Shown here: one piece after another, positions 62,232 through 64,000 of the stretch
How positions within the stretch are numbered: the stretch's first letter is position 1
How the letters are laid out: each line of letters begins with the position of its first letter
Source of the DNA: an uncultured delta proteobacterium
Lineage (GTDB): Bacteria > Desulfobacterota > Desulfomonilia > UBA1062
DNA: 64,000 nt
Direction of reading: 5' to 3'
NCBI GenBank assembly: GCA_963847605.1
Contig: CAWKAM010000001.1
Span: 78,351-142,350, forward strand
Made by a program: the position numbers and the translations under genes
The notes under the pieces: model-generated
What the model was told of the DNA's origin: nothing
The model's input: only the letters and a program-made list of their open reading frames with translations
Databases searched by the model: none

Positions 62232-62432
62232 ATGGCTAACAGATCAACGAATACCTTTAAAAAGAAGGAACGTGAAGAGGCAAAGAGGCGCAAAAGACTC
62301 GCCAAGGAGGCCAAGAAGCTCGAACGGAAGGACCTGAAGGAAAACAAGGATCCTCTGTTAAACGATGAAGACCCTGATATTGCGGGTATCATCCCTGGTC
62401 CCCAGCCACGGACCGAAGAGTCGGGAGTATAG
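62232..62432 (+). CDS. small hypothetical protein with a basic N-terminus and acidic C-terminus (66 aa)
   Basis: ATG at 62232 after GGGAGGTG. MANRSTNTFKKKEREEAKRRKRLAKEAKKLERK... Followed by a weak hairpin plus U-run at ~62470-62495. Confidence 0.4.
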   Translation: MANRSTNTFKKKEREEAKRRKRLAKEAKKLERKDLKENKDPLLNDEDPDIAGIIPGPQPRTEESGV

Positions 62433-62808
62433 TGGTCAGGTCAGTGCGTGTCCTCCATGAAACCATGCCCCAGCCGGGCATTTTCCCCTGAACAAGTAAT
62501 GCCCCTTCCCACGGGGCACGTTAATTTTAGGTTAAGAGTTCATAATCTACCGTTCGAATTTAACCGGTACTCAATAAGATTTCTATTTATTATAGTGAAT
62601 AGCGAGAGTATTAATTAATTCATAATGAATTGCATGTTGAGATGATCCTGTTTGTGGACCTCTCCACACCTGTGTGTTGAGGGAGAAATCATCAAGCTCT
62701 TAGATACATCTCTGCTGTAGGAAGTGTGATTCCACAACAGGAACGATATTGCCGGGCTATAATAAGTTAAGTATTGAAGCGGTCCTATATTTCTGAGGGG
62801 AGGTTTCT

Positions 62809-63843
62809 ATGGCAGAGTCAAAGAAAAAGAAACTCGGGGTCAATCAGGTTCTTGCAGTCCAGGTAGTGGTGAGCTTCGTTGTCATCGCCGTTTTGATCGT
62901 GGTAGGGGGATTACTTATCTTCCGTGTCATGGGGGCTGAATACACTCAGTTCACCGTGGCAGGGTTCATTGCGACGGTATACATGGCATTCATTACGTTC
63001 CAGCCCGCAGGCACCCTGTTTGCGGCACGCAAGGAACTCATCGAGGAAAAGGTGGAGCTTCCAACAGGGGGAGATGCAGGGGCGGATAGGCCTGTGGGGA
63101 ACCCCTGGCTCATGACTCTTCCTGTATCGTTTCCCATCGCCTTGTTCTGCACGGCGATCATCATGGGTATCATCTATGGAACCGGGTGGACACCGCGCCC
63201 CCGCATAACCTTAGTGCTCTCGTTGCTCTATGTCATACCGCACTACCTCATTACCCGCCGATTCATCGGACGTGACCTCAATAGCCTCGCAGCCAAAGGA
63301 CTAGGTGCCTATGCCGGGGTCATATCGAAGAAGGAGTATTTCTGGAAAACATACATACTGCCCAACTTCATATTCCAACTCATCATAAACTGTCCGATCG
63401 CGAACAGGGGGTTCCATCAGGAAATGCTCAAACTCTCCCGGGAATTCTCCAATCTGCAAGGTCTTCTCCCGGTCAAGGCGGTCGTGGTTGACCATGTCAT
63501 CACCTTTATGTTCGTGTGCAACTTCACCTTCCTGGCTGCCATCATGTATACCATTTCGGGCTTTTACCTGGGCATAATAACCCTGGATGGTTTAGGCAAG
63601 GGAAAGGGCATCCATGGATTTCTTTACTTCCTCATCATGCTCTTTATGGGGATAGTAGTGGGTATTCTGTATGGACTTGCTCTTGGTGTAGCCGGATTTG
63701 AAAACATCCCGTTTGCAGCTGCCATGATATCCAAGGTCGTGTGTGTTTTCATCGCAGTGTACCTTGGCTCTTACATGGCCATGGGATGGACGGCCAAAAA
63801 GATTAGGGCGCATATGGAAGCGCAGGCAGCCTCTGCCGGGTAA
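62809..63843 (+). CDS. hypothetical polytopic membrane protein
   Basis: 344 aa with ≥7 hydrophobic segments. RBS GGGGAGG before the ATG. Confidence 0.6.
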   Translation: MAESKKKKLGVNQVLAVQVVVSFVVIAVLIVVGGLLIFRVMGAEYTQFTVAGFIATVYMAFITFQPAGTLFAARKELIEEKVELPTGGDAGADRPVGNPWLMTLPVSFPIALFCTAIIMGIIYGTGWTPRPRITLVLSLLYVIPHYLITRRFIGRDLNSLAAKGLGAYAGVISKKEYFWKTYILPNFIFQLIINCPIANRGFHQEMLKLSREFSNLQGLLPVKAVVVDHVITFMFVCNFTFLAAIMYTISGFYLGIITLDGLGKGKGIHGFLYFLIMLFMGIVVGILYGLALGVAGFENIPFAAAMISKVVCVFIAVYLGSYMAMGWTAKKIRAHMEAQAASAG

Positions 63844-63949
63844 TATTCGCACCGTCACCAGAGCAAGCATATCTTTAAGGTATCGGGCCAAGACCATGGA
63901 TATGGCCTACCAGATTTGACATATTAACCATACATGAGAGGAGATATCC

Positions 63950-64000
63950 ATGAAGGAGCTAAGAGACAAGGTCGCGGCCATAACCGGCGCCGCGTCCGGT
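63950..64000 (+). CDS. SDR-family oxidoreductase, N-terminal fragment (window end)
   Basis: MKELRDKVAAITGAASG is the start of the TGxxxGxG SDR cofactor motif. RBS GAGGAG upstream. Confidence 0.5.
   Translation, partial: MKELRDKVAAITGAASG

Noticed and set aside
62622-62636. 15-bp palindrome AATTCATAATGAATT upstream of the membrane-protein gene
   Set aside because: It is a short AT-rich palindrome in an AT-rich intergenic region and is not distinguishable from chance.

Overview
This is a 64-kb chromosomal window from a bacterium with about 50-55% GC. Its gene content suggests an anaerobic Desulfobacterota/Syntrophia-like deltaproteobacterium, but that is inference only. Most of the window is conserved housekeeping. 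It opens with a DUF503-rbfA-DHH phosphoesterase-truB-rpsO-pnp-M16 peptidase block, followed by truA, rfbB/rfbD, lepB and pyrR-pyrB-pyrC. Further on come a Nif3 plus zinc-ribbon pair, a type IV pilin, tRNA-Met(CAU) and tRNA-Arg(CCU), a U32 peptidase, a UvrD-type helicase, a LemA/TPM pair and a YHS-HMA copper P-type ATPase. These are followed by a large B12-type radical SAM protein, recO, glyQ/glyS and a dGTPase-like HD protein. A long minus-strand operon encodes a Liv-type ABC transporter interleaved with a PaaK-like aryl-CoA ligase and an AMP-dependent ligase. The window ends with hisS-aspS, a LysM lipoprotein, an IPMS/homocitrate (Re-citrate-synthase-like) enzyme next to icd, another acyl-CoA ligase, an amidase, a Cys-rich ferredoxin-like protein and cspA. 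Five things stand out. First, a divergent four-gene cluster at 45.5-49.6 kb holds two paralogous radical-SAM-like proteins with a non-canonical CX4CX2C motif around a C69 peptidase and a truncated TrmO/TsaA-like protein. Second, the HMGL-family enzyme next to icd carries a Cache-like C-terminal domain. Third, a roughly 1.2-kb AT-rich islet holds three small putative regulators bracketed by about 50-bp imperfect direct repeats. Fourth, a 588-aa orphan protein has a DapB-like NAD(P)-binding N-terminus and an otherwise unrecognisable body. Fifth, the pilin has a compositionally divergent variable domain. All calls rest on motif recognition by eye. No database searches were run.
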